A stretch of 64,000 nucleotides of DNA from an uncultured Bacteroidales bacterium (GTDB taxonomy: Bacteria > Bacteroidota > Bacteroidia > Bacteroidales > WCHB1-69): positions 32,599 through 96,598 of the forward strand of contig CAMHNQ010000003.1 in NCBI GenBank assembly GCA_946186495.1, given 5' to 3'. Below, piece by piece: positions 44,501 through 51,811 of this stretch (its first letter is position 1; every line of letters begins with the position of its first letter). The notes under the pieces are model-generated. The model searched no databases. It saw nothing but the letters and a program-made list of their open reading frames with translations, and was not told the DNA's origin. The translations under genes were made by a program, and so were the position numbers.

Positions 44501-47500
44501 TTCAGCTTGGGTAAGAGGAGCAATGCTGACAGAGATGTAGTCGGCAGGCTTGAGGGCGTTCACGGTGGTAGTCGTCACAGCACCGCAAGGATTCTTGACG
44601 GTGATGGTCACCACTTGGGTGTCGGCGGTGAAGACAGTGCCGGCGGCAGGTTCCTGCTTATACCAGTCAGCCTTGGCGGTAATCTCAGAGAAAGAATAGC
44701 AGTTGTCGGAAATCATTTCGCGGGTGACGAGATCCTTGAAGTCAGGGACAAGGAGCTTACAACCTTCGGAAATGTTCACAGTGGTATCGGGAATCGTGCT
44801 GATGAAGGCAGGAGCCTGAGCCTGGGAGGTGAAAGTGCGGGTAGCTTCGCTCATACATCCGAGGTCATCGGTGACGACAACCTTAGCGGTATAGACCGTG
44901 TCGCACCATTCAGGGATGATGGTGATCCAAGTGCTGTTGGTGTGAGGCATGTTGTTAACGCTCTCACCGGACCAGGTGTAGTCCATGATAGCCTGATAAG
45001 GCTCAAGGTTATGGGAGACAGCCTCGATGGTGAGGTTGCCATAGGTCGGGCAGTAGGGCTCGGTAGCGCCGTTGAGGACAACGGGTTCGATGGTGACGGT
45101 CGGCAGGTTTCTGACGTGCACAAAGACAGGGTCGGAAACGGCGCTGCAGCCGATGGCGTTGGTGACGGTCATCACGAACTCATAGTCGCCGGCAGCGGGT
45201 GCGACGACGCCGGTCACGGTGCCATTGACGTTGGTGAACTCAACCGGTTTGCCATTCACTTCGCTCCAAGCATAGGTGTAGGGAACGAACGGGCCGGAAA
45301 CGGTGTCGTCAACAATCTTGGAGTCGAGGAACTCAAGGTTGATCGTGTCGTTAAAACAGATGTTGCGGTCGAAAATGATGGCGTTCGGGAGGATGTCAAG
45401 CGTGTCGGGACGATCAAGGAAGAGCTGGAGCTCGGTAGTGCTGTTACCGCATCTGTCGGTGATAGTCACAGCAACGGTGAGGTGGTTGCGTTCCCTGAAG
45501 ATGTTGGTTGCGCCAATCGGGGACTCGGTGTTGTTCTCCCAGGTGAAGGCGACGGTGCTCATCAGGTAAGCGCTGTCGGTGCAGTTGTCATACACATAGG
45601 GGGCGATGGCGTTGACGAACGTCATGCTGTCGGGGGAGTTGAACTTGCAGTCGCCGGCAGGAACCGGGAAGATGCGGATAGGTCTGTCGTTGGTGAACTC
45701 AGGAGCCACAGAGTCGCGGCCGATGATCGTGTGGGTGAAAGTTGCGGTGTTGCCGCAGCTGTCTTTGAATGTATAGACTCTTTCCATCACCAGTTGACAG
45801 GTCGTGTCAGCAGTGGAAAGGATACGAGCCTGGGAGGTCATAGAAATCAGATTGCAGTTGTCGGTGACCTCTGCGATATTGGAAGCGTTGAAGGCTTCGA
45901 CAGTAGCGAAAGCAGCCGGGAAAGCCTCGGCGTCGCAGGTGTTGACAACCGTCGTGTAGGCGGCCGGGGTCACGACAGGAGCGACGGTATCGCCCACAGC
46001 GTAGTTGAAGGTCACCACATCGGACTTACAGCCGTTAGCGTCAACCACAAACACGGAAGAGGTGAACTGGTCACCGCACAGGGCCGTATCGGGGATGACA
46101 TTGTAGGCCTCCTGGTTTTTCTCAGCCGTGGAAGGAATCTCACCCTCGACCGTGAAACGGATATTGCTACGATAATTTTGATACCTACGACTATTACTCG
46201 GAATTGAATTCGGGTTATCGATGTATGAAGAATTGTAATCACTGCGCCAATACATTACCATATTTCCATCGCAACTAGATCCACGAAACATAGCACCGCT
46301 CGCAGTAGGCGCATTCTTCACAGCAACCGTCACAACCAAATTCTGGGTGGCATCGTAATCGTACGGGGTTTGAAGCTCAATTTCATTCCATCCGGGTTGA
46401 CCAAAAGAAAAAGTACCGTCATACACTTTTACCCCTTGCGGGAACCAAGCCCTCGTAGAGGTGTTGAAGTAGGATTGATCCGTGGTAGAGAGATAAATTT
46501 GAATGTTTTTGGTCAGATTTCTATCGACTGCCCAATCGAAAGCGACCTTTGTGATTTTACCGGCAGCGACTTCCTCGTTGGTGAAGATCTGCTGTGAATA
46601 GGTATTGTTATAAACTGGATTGAAGGGGAGATCAAAACTCGAAGTTGCGACACCCGTGACGGTGCTTTCAACCTCAGGATTAGCCACAACTCTCTCGCCA
46701 TTGACCAACATCTCCGTCACATTCGTCCAACGATAGGTATAGTCAGCGTCCGTTTGGTCGGTGTTGTTGTTGATTTTCACCTTCATCGTCACCTCAGCAC
46801 CAAGACAGTTGAGGGAGTCAGGAGTGGTAACGGCAGCCAGTTCCGGGGTCTGGTGCAGGGTGACCGTGAAGTAGCTGTACATTTTGGAGGTGCAGTTGGC
46901 AGCCTCACCGTAAGAGACAGCAAAGAAATAGATCACCGTGTCCTTGTTGACGGAAGGCATGTAATCCTGCAAGTTGACATTCAGATTGTTACCCTTGAAG
47001 ACAAAGGTGTTGGTGTCAATATAGCTGGAATACAGATTGCCAATTGCCATTGATTCATAATATAACGGTCTGGACAGGTTGCTGTACCAGAGGGTGGTAG
47101 AGGCGCAGCTCTCATCCGGGGTGGAAGCGACGTTGAGCATCGTGTTGGCGTCAATAGCCTCAAGACAATATTCGGTTTGGGCGGGGCCAACGAGTACGGG
47201 GGCTTCCAACTCGCTGAACGTCACCGTGAACGTGACGGCCGGACCCTCGCAGACGAGCGTGTCGTTATAGGTGTTCACTTGGCGAACCATATAGCTGTGC
47301 TCGCCAATAGCTGTGCTGATAGTCGGAGGGGTGTCGTTCCATTTCATTTGGAGACCGGAACGATAATACCATTGGAGCTTGGTAGCGGAAGCGGTGGCGT
47401 CGAGGCCTCTTTGATCCATGGTGATCAGGGCAAGGAGCTGTTCCATACCGAAGACATCGCATTTGCAGAGGTTCGCGTTTTGAGCCGCAACGATAGGTGT

Positions 47501-48487
47501 GTGGCGGACATAGAAATGGACAGTGTCGAGGCGTTCCACTTGGAAGTGCTCGCAAGCGCCTTCACCGATCAGGTCGCCGAAAACGATCAGGGTGTCGACA
47601 TTTCTGTTGGAGAGATCCTCGTTGAACGTATAGACGGGACGACCGTATTCAAACGTGGTGTTGTCGCAGACTTCCTTGGAGAGGGAGCCTTTCACAAGAT
47701 AGTGGATAGAGTCGGAAGCGATGATATTGCCACAGCAGGACATGTGTCCGCCGATGTATTGGGTTTCGGACTCGCCCCAGGTGAGGTTGTTCCAATCGGT
47801 ACCGCCGACGCGTTCGCGGACACGCATCACAAGAGCGTAATTACCAACTTGTTTCCATTTGATTTGGACGACCGTGCGGGTCTGTGCCAGGAAGTTCGCA
47901 TAGAAGTAGTCGAGAGCTTCGGTATAGATGGGGGTGAAGCCCATAGCGGGAGCGGTTTCCATCGTGATGTAGTTGGTAATCGTCTGACCAGGAGTGCCTT
48001 GGCTGACCGGCATGGCGCCAGGGTAGTTGGTCGGCGTATTACACTGCCAGCCGGAGAACATGTCAGCCTGGGTCGGCGCGTTGCAGAAGCCGTAGTTGTT
48101 CGGCATCTGGCCGCCGAGCCAATGGATGGACTGGCATTGGCCCTGCTGGTTCAGTTCCGGATAGAGCGTGTAAATGTAGAAATCTGCATAAGCGGACAGA
48201 TTCTCATTCACCAGCTGGCCATCACGGTACAGCAACCAGTCAATTGAGACTCTCTTGTTGGCGTCAGCACCTGTCGGGCAGAAATGCAGCTCGTACAGGT
48301 CCGTATTACCAACCACGGCGGGGTTCAGGACATTGTCCAGCACCAAATTGCCGCCAGCAGCGTTCGCAACACCGGTGATCGTCTCCGGCTGGAGATTCTC
48401 AATCCAGAAATTGCTTTGCGCGCTTGTGCTGAAGCTCAGAAGCCCCAGCAGAATGCTTAGAAAGCAAATTGATAATAGTTTTTTCAT
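38552..48487 (-). CDS. 3311-aa T9SS-secreted giant surface protein (Ig-like/HYR-like repeat adhesin candidate)
   Basis: Signal peptide MKKLLSICFLSILLGLLSFSTSAQ. Dozens of Cys-containing beta-sandwich-like repeats (e.g. VTDNCN, VYDNCTDS, ITDRCGNS, VTDVFGC). C-terminal T9SS sorting domain (VWPNPAP..ITSLAGKQIY..LSLGSYIMTV..KKLVV). Has its own promoter and terminator. Confidence 0.9.
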   Translation of the reverse strand: MKKLLSICFLSILLGLLSFSTSAQSNFWIENLQPETITGVANAAGGNLVLDNVLNPAVVGNTDLYELHFCPTGADANKRVSIDWLLYRDGQLVNENLSAYADFYIYTLYPELNQQGQCQSIHWLGGQMPNNYGFCNAPTQADMFSGWQCNTPTNYPGAMPVSQGTPGQTITNYITMETAPAMGFTPIYTEALDYFYANFLAQTRTVVQIKWKQVGNYALVMRVRERVGGTDWNNLTWGESETQYIGGHMSCCGNIIASDSIHYLVKGSLSKEVCDNTTFEYGRPVYTFNEDLSNRNVDTLIVFGDLIGEGACEHFQVERLDTVHFYVRHTPIVAAQNANLCKCDVFGMEQLLALITMDQRGLDATASATKLQWYYRSGLQMKWNDTPPTISTAIGEHSYMVRQVNTYNDTLVCEGPAVTFTVTFSELEAPVLVGPAQTEYCLEAIDANTMLNVASTPDESCASTTLWYSNLSRPLYYESMAIGNLYSSYIDTNTFVFKGNNLNVNLQDYMPSVNKDTVIYFFAVSYGEAANCTSKMYSYFTVTLHQTPELAAVTTPDSLNCLGAEVTMKVKINNNTDQTDADYTYRWTNVTEMLVNGERVVANPEVESTVTGVATSSFDLPFNPVYNNTYSQQIFTNEEVAAGKITKVAFDWAVDRNLTKNIQIYLSTTDQSYFNTSTRAWFPQGVKVYDGTFSFGQPGWNEIELQTPYDYDATQNLVVTVAVKNAPTASGAMFRGSSCDGNMVMYWRSDYNSSYIDNPNSIPSNSRRYQNYRSNIRFTVEGEIPSTAEKNQEAYNVIPDTALCGDQFTSSVFVVDANGCKSDVVTFNYAVGDTVAPVVTPAAYTTVVNTCDAEAFPAAFATVEAFNASNIAEVTDNCNLISMTSQARILSTADTTCQLVMERVYTFKDSCGNTATFTHTIIGRDSVAPEFTNDRPIRIFPVPAGDCKFNSPDSMTFVNAIAPYVYDNCTDSAYLMSTVAFTWENNTESPIGATNIFRERNHLTVAVTITDRCGNSTTELQLFLDRPDTLDILPNAIIFDRNICFNDTINLEFLDSKIVDDTVSGPFVPYTYAWSEVNGKPVEFTNVNGTVTGVVAPAAGDYEFVMTVTNAIGCSAVSDPVFVHVRNLPTVTIEPVVLNGATEPYCPTYGNLTIEAVSHNLEPYQAIMDYTWSGESVNNMPHTNSTWITIIPEWCDTVYTAKVVVTDDLGCMSEATRTFTSQAQAPAFISTIPDTTVNISEGCKLLVPDFKDLVTREMISDNCYSFSEITAKADWYKQEPAAGTVFTADTQVVTITVKNPCGAVTTTTVNALKPADYISVSIAPLTQAECQETIELDGVDYNATATRGDNVETNVTWSWKEVGGTTVLSTSDVLTIQEALEAGEYEYQVTVTDVFGCQASATANLTVFYQGDDIHTRIWPSTMCERNNGIISVDTVPSGFYVILWNDIYGPITKRSDVPLHPEQQLPWNTIVFDSLAAGDYNVAVVTLDGCERSTVVTVGSTIVLPAPPVYTVEDVTVCADNNGRIILTQEAGYTYTLVKDGEVLTSYEGLSHGTYTIIKTDVMTHCATAVNVFVGMETEDEVFVATSTANTNCTEPNGTITLKTPGLQYEIHCVETSGYEYTTGVIAADTTITGLVNGSYSITVYNPVTGCYGEGSVRVNDGRTYPNIQVSTTNNQFCVNDYVDTVNGSIKINNKTAYASYVLYNSDNDSIADQTSANNVWTSLPAGTYSIIAYTPNNCQVTKTNINITNETVTPYITYITHRNDFCDSTLFNGSVKVVLNKRNGSLYSPISAKGFRVVGNNYDSLQLVNGNNAVFAGLNSGTYNVTAVSTFNCPATNTFTIDQYAIDEISLVSTPDHFCAPTFEKPGNGTVTVLKPVHSTTDSRIFMYYFYDADDVDMDVPYELPMTTTKYWLAHGDYHVVAFEPATGCSIDGYINVAWEPYTVNFEVETTPSYTCSQVNGNGTLTVVNPTSTNPEPVFTYSIDGVNFTTNPVFTNLVGTEYTVTVKDTTSSCTFERVVAVPTADSCAPVITISDNFGVGEEFHYCYGTEGIMLTANAVDTCDNVQLEYSWYAPCADPSTSSTAVIPVQTDHYVVNGCDYILTVHNPVTGCDYNRTVRVYIHPNPELYLTINGREASTTHPNSFCENEPLTITVHNRNFEELDVESIQWTLGHVGTGVRTINVVGTDYANDNVTFCVRAANTFGCMSGITSIPVNFKRIDRVSVVETACERYTLPGSNGVVVLPQGQDYPYTTTREISYTSVTKGCDSIVTYTITLIGAPTVTPNHYEVPAFCETENKTLADFNATFVPDWNGSEGDVKWMCNGVELPETTEIDYEFASTHNNVTRVFTNDCGTVSAGIEFEVSKAPAIDSFALATSYCNNEAASLKFRVSTFGTPATATLTFNGATVGTYNVTAENQEFTYNFTPRYYTHHGQSLTLTVANNNGLCAEATANGTFHVDTTIYTIAAKTYCEGDILHFSDFVTGDFTNVAIYTAAQVPGGVSDGMAVPYALNNANIFFTMQDHCGNTVTTNTVIVTVNPQPRLTVDELPTDLCINDAATALENAIHTEFADEEHWIVNMPNDPMQFTSAESVVALIQDNPNANVAYYVENDCGNKTVNLGTFRILDKIDVAVSNVTVCPNVTADEIITGVHAVINDYGNYAASEVSVNYAVVRGSNVLALNAALPIQAGDRIRVIATPNIAPDCGADTAFAQVTVKTNSYTTPVYQAACSGAQLSAFVATQPSWTGTASVTASGWKTCNNADGANATAATASTVVTDAADVYVSYTWTTECGETFNTPWTKLTVNNVPVVSLNDEIEICEGNAITMAQAGLTVNFHGNADKYDTAWTVDGNAFDFATVLTSEQYNGKKLVVTLNDNGEACGIVRDTLTLVVNPLPDPTIAGPERACAGESITILAELGFTNYVFNINGVEQDPQTGNSFTTIASMQGDEIGVEYTTVTVTVTDANGCVGTSSESAVIKVTNAPEFIFTNENGDETHNFTAQTGEYLNYTWMVGTECFNPDTLVYVEYDIYYNGVKIADNQIGEYLTTQTLINPLDPAQSPSWVTSNTMSWLSGDGTPLTNTSYFNYAVSNPSSATSGNHFPSSNLGLSNNNVYDDLWMHFLANRPVDAQIVPFRLAGEYKVVYRLMATSNNNDFQHPYTNENGEQQHIGGQNSMVSTYVRTLLVTDSIIINVTGESMVAQEPVTELPVVTPAITGDEAVIVPEMEVWPNPAPAITTTFKARVHNMSGEATVTITSLAGKQIYTGKIFIDNDNYYFESNVDNLSLGSYIMTVRTADAVVTKKLVVMVSSK

Positions 48488-48600
48488 ACTGTTTTTGTTT
48501 AATTTGTAATTTATATTATTTATTTTTCTCTATTCGATTCTTTTTCAGCCTTTATTTCAACACTATACATTACATTACACTATACATAATTTTTAACCTG

Positions 48601-48608
48601 CAAAAATA
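48601..48608 (-). promoter_or_regulatory. -7 box TATTTTTG for the giant gene
   Basis: TAnnTTTG match 113 nt upstream of ATG 48487, within an AT-rich 370-bp region. Confidence 0.45.
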
Positions 48609-48610
48609 CA

Positions 48611-48659
48611 TTTTTTTTTCATTGTATATCCACCTATCTTATTTTTTTTGTTTTTTTTT
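48611..48659. repeat. homopolymer tracts (T9, T8, T9 on the + strand; A tracts on the coding strand) immediately upstream of the -7 box
   Basis: 48611-48619 T9, 48642-48649 T8, 48651-48659 T9; a further T8 at 48716-48723. Confidence 0.8.
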
Positions 48660-48858
48660 GGTAGTAGATTTAATCATCATATAATCAATGGATTATGACA
48701 AAAATAAGGTTGTGATTTTTTTTCCACAGATACTGACAATGTTTTCAACAGCTCGACCGTCCGCAAATGCGCAAACCGCAACCGTAACTTCCAACCCCTC
48801 TTAAAACAACCCATATCCGACATCGCCGCGAGAATCAAACACACTGTATAATTAATCA

Positions 48859-48890
48859 AATCGCGCCGAAATATCGAATTCTCGGCGCGA
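48859..48890 (-). terminator. hairpin downstream of the PorE-like gene (putative terminator)
   Basis: ATCGCGCCGA-N12-TCGGCGCGAT, a perfect 10-bp stem about 100 nt after the stop. Followed on the minus strand by TTTGATTAATTAT (weak U tract). Confidence 0.45.
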
Positions 48891-48993
48891 TATGGATTAA
48901 TACGTTGATATTTAACGGTTTATACTGACATTTATAGCTGATTTTCAGTGATTTGGCACAAAAACCGGACTCGCAACCATGAAGCCCCCTCCG

Positions 48994-50934
48994 CTAACGG
49001 ATTATCTTGAACTCGGTCCTCCGGTTCTCCGCCCGGCCCTCTTCCGTGCCATTGTCGGCGACAGGAACCCGCTTGCCATATCCCTTGTACTGCAACCGGT
49101 CTGCGGGAATGCCCTTGCCCACAAGGTATTCATAAACAGACTTGGCCCGGTTCTCGGAAAGTCGGTCGTTGTATTCATCCGTGCCTTGGTCGTCGGTATG
49201 TCCGCAAACTTCAATACGCAATGCGGGGTTCTTGCGCAGGTAATCAGCCAGGCGGTCGAGCTCCACAAACGACTCTGGCTTGAGTTCGGTGCGGTCGAAG
49301 TCAAAGAAGACATTCTTCAGTGCAACCACCGTTCCGACGTCCGTGGGCTGGAGGGCGATGTCCTTGAGATAGGGAGAGAGTTCCGTATAGCTGCGTTCCA
49401 GCTGGAAGTTCTCGGAGTAGAAAGGATAGTCAGGATGGGAAACATTAAGCAGGACATTGCCACCCGTATGGATACAGGCGAGATAGCTACCGTCTTTGGG
49501 ATCCGACGTGGTAGAAGTAAGTAACTGTTTGGTACTCAAGTCAATCATCTCGATACGGGCCTCAAGGGGGTCTCCGGTGAAAGCATCTCTCACCCGTCCT
49601 TTGATGTAGGTGACGGGATTCGGGCGGAGCTGGTCGTCAAGTTCGAAGCTGTAGAGGTCAAGACCGCCGAACCCCCCATCCTTGTCGGAGGCGATATAGG
49701 CCATCGTACCGGAAGCGTTGATGAAGATGTTGATTTCGTCAGCGGGGGAGTTGATGGGGTAACCCAGATTCTTCGGAGAGGTCCAGGTACCATCGGGAAG
49801 ACGGGTGGCATAGTACAGGTCGTAGCCGCCCATGCCGACCCTTCCGTTCGAGGCGAAGTAGAGGGTGCGGCCGTCGCTATGGATAAAGGGCGCAGCATCG
49901 TCGCCAGGCGTATTAATCTCAGGGCCAAGGTTTTCCGGAATCGAAAACTCTCCTTCGGCCGTCATGGTGGTGACCCATATGTCCATGCCGCCATACCCGC
50001 CGGGACGGGAAGAGGCGAAGTAGATGGTCATGCCATCGGAAGCCATCGTAGGCTGACTCTCCCAGGCAGGGGTGTTGACCGGGGCGGCGAAGTTACGGGG
50101 CCTCGACCAGCGGCCGCCCATGAGCTTCGCCCAGTAGAGGTCGCAGCTTCCAATGCCGTAGTCGGCATCGCACATGGTGTAGAGCAAGTACTTGCCGTCG
50201 GGGGACACGCACTGTGCGCCTTCGTTGTAGCCAGTCTTGATGGGGGAGCCGAATGCCTGGCGCGGCGACCACTCTGCATCGACTCGCCGGCTGAAGTAGA
50301 GATCCTCTTCATTGAGACAGAATGCGCAGACCGTCTGTTGGTCGCGAGGCCGCTTGACCGTGAACACAATCTGTTCGTCATCCGCCGTGATGGCGGCAAG
50401 CGACTCGTCCCACTCGGAATTGATGTTCGGCCCGAGGTTGACTAACTCGAAACGGCGCGGATGCCGCATCGCGTCGATGGCAAAGCGGCAATTGGCAATA
50501 ATCTTCTGCGCATCGGGATGCACTTCCGAGTACTGGATTCCCTTTTGGAGGAAAAGCTGCATGGTGTTGAGGGTATACTCATAGGCACCGCACTTGGCGC
50601 CTTCGCTGCCGGCGATGAAATAGAGCATCGGATCCGGATCGCCAATCAGGTCAATGGCATGCTGGTAATTGACCATAGCGGAGTCGGACTTGAGTTGGAA
50701 GTTGTATATATCCCCTTTCATGATGTAGATGTCAGAGTAGTTCGGGTCTTTCGCCTGCGCCTGGTTCAGATAATTCATGGCTTTGACGAAGTCGTGCGAC
50801 TGCATGGACAGCTTGGCTTTCTCGAACAGATTTGCCGCCTTGGAGGGTTTTTGGGCCAGTAGGCCGAGAGGCGTCAAAATAGCCAAAATATACAACAATA
50901 TTATATATACTATATTTAATTTATAGCGCATCAT
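48994..50934 (-). CDS. PorE-like protein: TPR + TolB/WD40-like beta-propeller + carboxypeptidase-regulatory-like + OmpA_C domains
   Basis: N-terminal TPR-like helices. Four or more repeats of the type SPDGKYLLY / ASDGMTIYFASSRPGGYGGMDIW / SDGRTLYFASNG..GGYDLYY. YIKGRVRDAFTGDPL CRD-like segment. C-terminal OmpA_C (RIEVCGHTDDQGTDEYNDRLSENRA..NRRTEFKI). Confidence 0.8.
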   Translation of the reverse strand: MMRYKLNIVYIILLYILAILTPLGLLAQKPSKAANLFEKAKLSMQSHDFVKAMNYLNQAQAKDPNYSDIYIMKGDIYNFQLKSDSAMVNYQHAIDLIGDPDPMLYFIAGSEGAKCGAYEYTLNTMQLFLQKGIQYSEVHPDAQKIIANCRFAIDAMRHPRRFELVNLGPNINSEWDESLAAITADDEQIVFTVKRPRDQQTVCAFCLNEEDLYFSRRVDAEWSPRQAFGSPIKTGYNEGAQCVSPDGKYLLYTMCDADYGIGSCDLYWAKLMGGRWSRPRNFAAPVNTPAWESQPTMASDGMTIYFASSRPGGYGGMDIWVTTMTAEGEFSIPENLGPEINTPGDDAAPFIHSDGRTLYFASNGRVGMGGYDLYYATRLPDGTWTSPKNLGYPINSPADEINIFINASGTMAYIASDKDGGFGGLDLYSFELDDQLRPNPVTYIKGRVRDAFTGDPLEARIEMIDLSTKQLLTSTTSDPKDGSYLACIHTGGNVLLNVSHPDYPFYSENFQLERSYTELSPYLKDIALQPTDVGTVVALKNVFFDFDRTELKPESFVELDRLADYLRKNPALRIEVCGHTDDQGTDEYNDRLSENRAKSVYEYLVGKGIPADRLQYKGYGKRVPVADNGTEEGRAENRRTEFKIIR

Positions 50935-51727
50935 CCAATGTTTTTAACTGTTTCGCCTTTTCCCAATATTTATCCATTTCGGCGAGAGACATGTCTGTGA
51001 GGTTGCGCCCGTCTTCACGCACCATCTTTTCGAGCAGTTGGAAGCGGCGGATGAACTTGCGGTTTGTTTTCTCCAAGGCATCCTCGGGATGTATATGGAG
51101 GAAGCGGGCGTAGTTGATGAGGGAGAAGAGAACGTCGCCAAACTCCTCTTCCATCCTGTCCTGCCGGTTGTTACGTACTTCTTCCTGCAGTTCGCCGAGT
51201 TCTTCCTGAACTTTCTCCCACACCTGGTCCTTGTTGTCCCAGTCAAAGCCGACGCCATTGGCCTTATCCTGAATGCGGTAGGCTTTGGTGAGTGCCGGCA
51301 TTGCGGAGGGGATGCCCCCCAGGACGGAGCGGTTGCCCTCGGTTTTCAGCTTTATTTTCTCCCAGTTCTCATGAACCTCGTTGGCGGTATTAGCAGCCTT
51401 CTCCCCATAGACATGGGGATGCCTGCGTATCAACTTGTCGCATAATTGATTAATAACATCCTTAATATCAAAGAGATGCTGTTCAGATGCAATCTTGGAA
51501 TAGAACACAATATGCAACATCAGATCCCCGAGTTCCTTGCACATGTCCTGGTAATCTTTCCCGAAAATAGCATCTGCCAGCTCGAACGTCTCCTCAATGG
51601 TGAGATTTCGAAGGGAATCGAAGGTTTGTTCCCGGTCCCACGGGCACTTTTCCCGCAACTCATCCATGATTTGCAGCAGATGCCGGAACGCCGCGAGGGA
51701 ATCTTCGTATTTATCTGGTTGATTCAT
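50921..51727 (-). CDS. mazG: nucleoside triphosphate pyrophosphohydrolase MazG
   Basis: Tandem MazG domains with EETFELADAI and EEFGDVLFSL. ATG 51727 (MNQPDKYEDSL) is chosen. Confidence 0.9.
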   Translation of the reverse strand: MNQPDKYEDSLAAFRHLLQIMDELREKCPWDREQTFDSLRNLTIEETFELADAIFGKDYQDMCKELGDLMLHIVFYSKIASEQHLFDIKDVINQLCDKLIRRHPHVYGEKAANTANEVHENWEKIKLKTEGNRSVLGGIPSAMPALTKAYRIQDKANGVGFDWDNKDQVWEKVQEELGELQEEVRNNRQDRMEEEFGDVLFSLINYARFLHIHPEDALEKTNRKFIRRFQLLEKMVREDGRNLTDMSLAEMDKYWEKAKQLKTLDDAL

Positions 51728-51755
51728 ATTTACATTATCATTATGGTTTCGTCCC

Positions 51756-51785
51756 TTGTGGAGACGCAGGAATTTGCGTCTCCAC
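51756..51785 (-). terminator. perfect 12-bp-stem hairpin between proS and mazG (terminator or processing/attenuation site)
   Basis: TGTGGAGACGCA-GGAATT-TGCGTCTCCACA. No U tract follows on the minus strand. Confidence 0.4.
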
Positions 51786-51811
51786 ATAGCGGACAATTCG
51801 GTTGAGTGCCG

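Noticed and set aside
40283-46207. 959-aa and 1002-aa ORFs antisense to the giant T9SS gene
   Set aside because: These are shadow ORFs. Their products are repetitive G/D/R/V/S-rich. The minus strand is one uninterrupted 3311-codon frame with a signal peptide and a T9SS CTD.
48488-48990. Invertible-promoter (fimbrial-switch-like) architecture upstream of the giant gene
   Set aside because: I looked for inverted repeats of at least 10 bp flanking the promoter region. I found only a 10-bp direct repeat (cactatacat at 48561 and 48578) and the terminator-like hairpin of the upstream gene. No recombinase gene is nearby.
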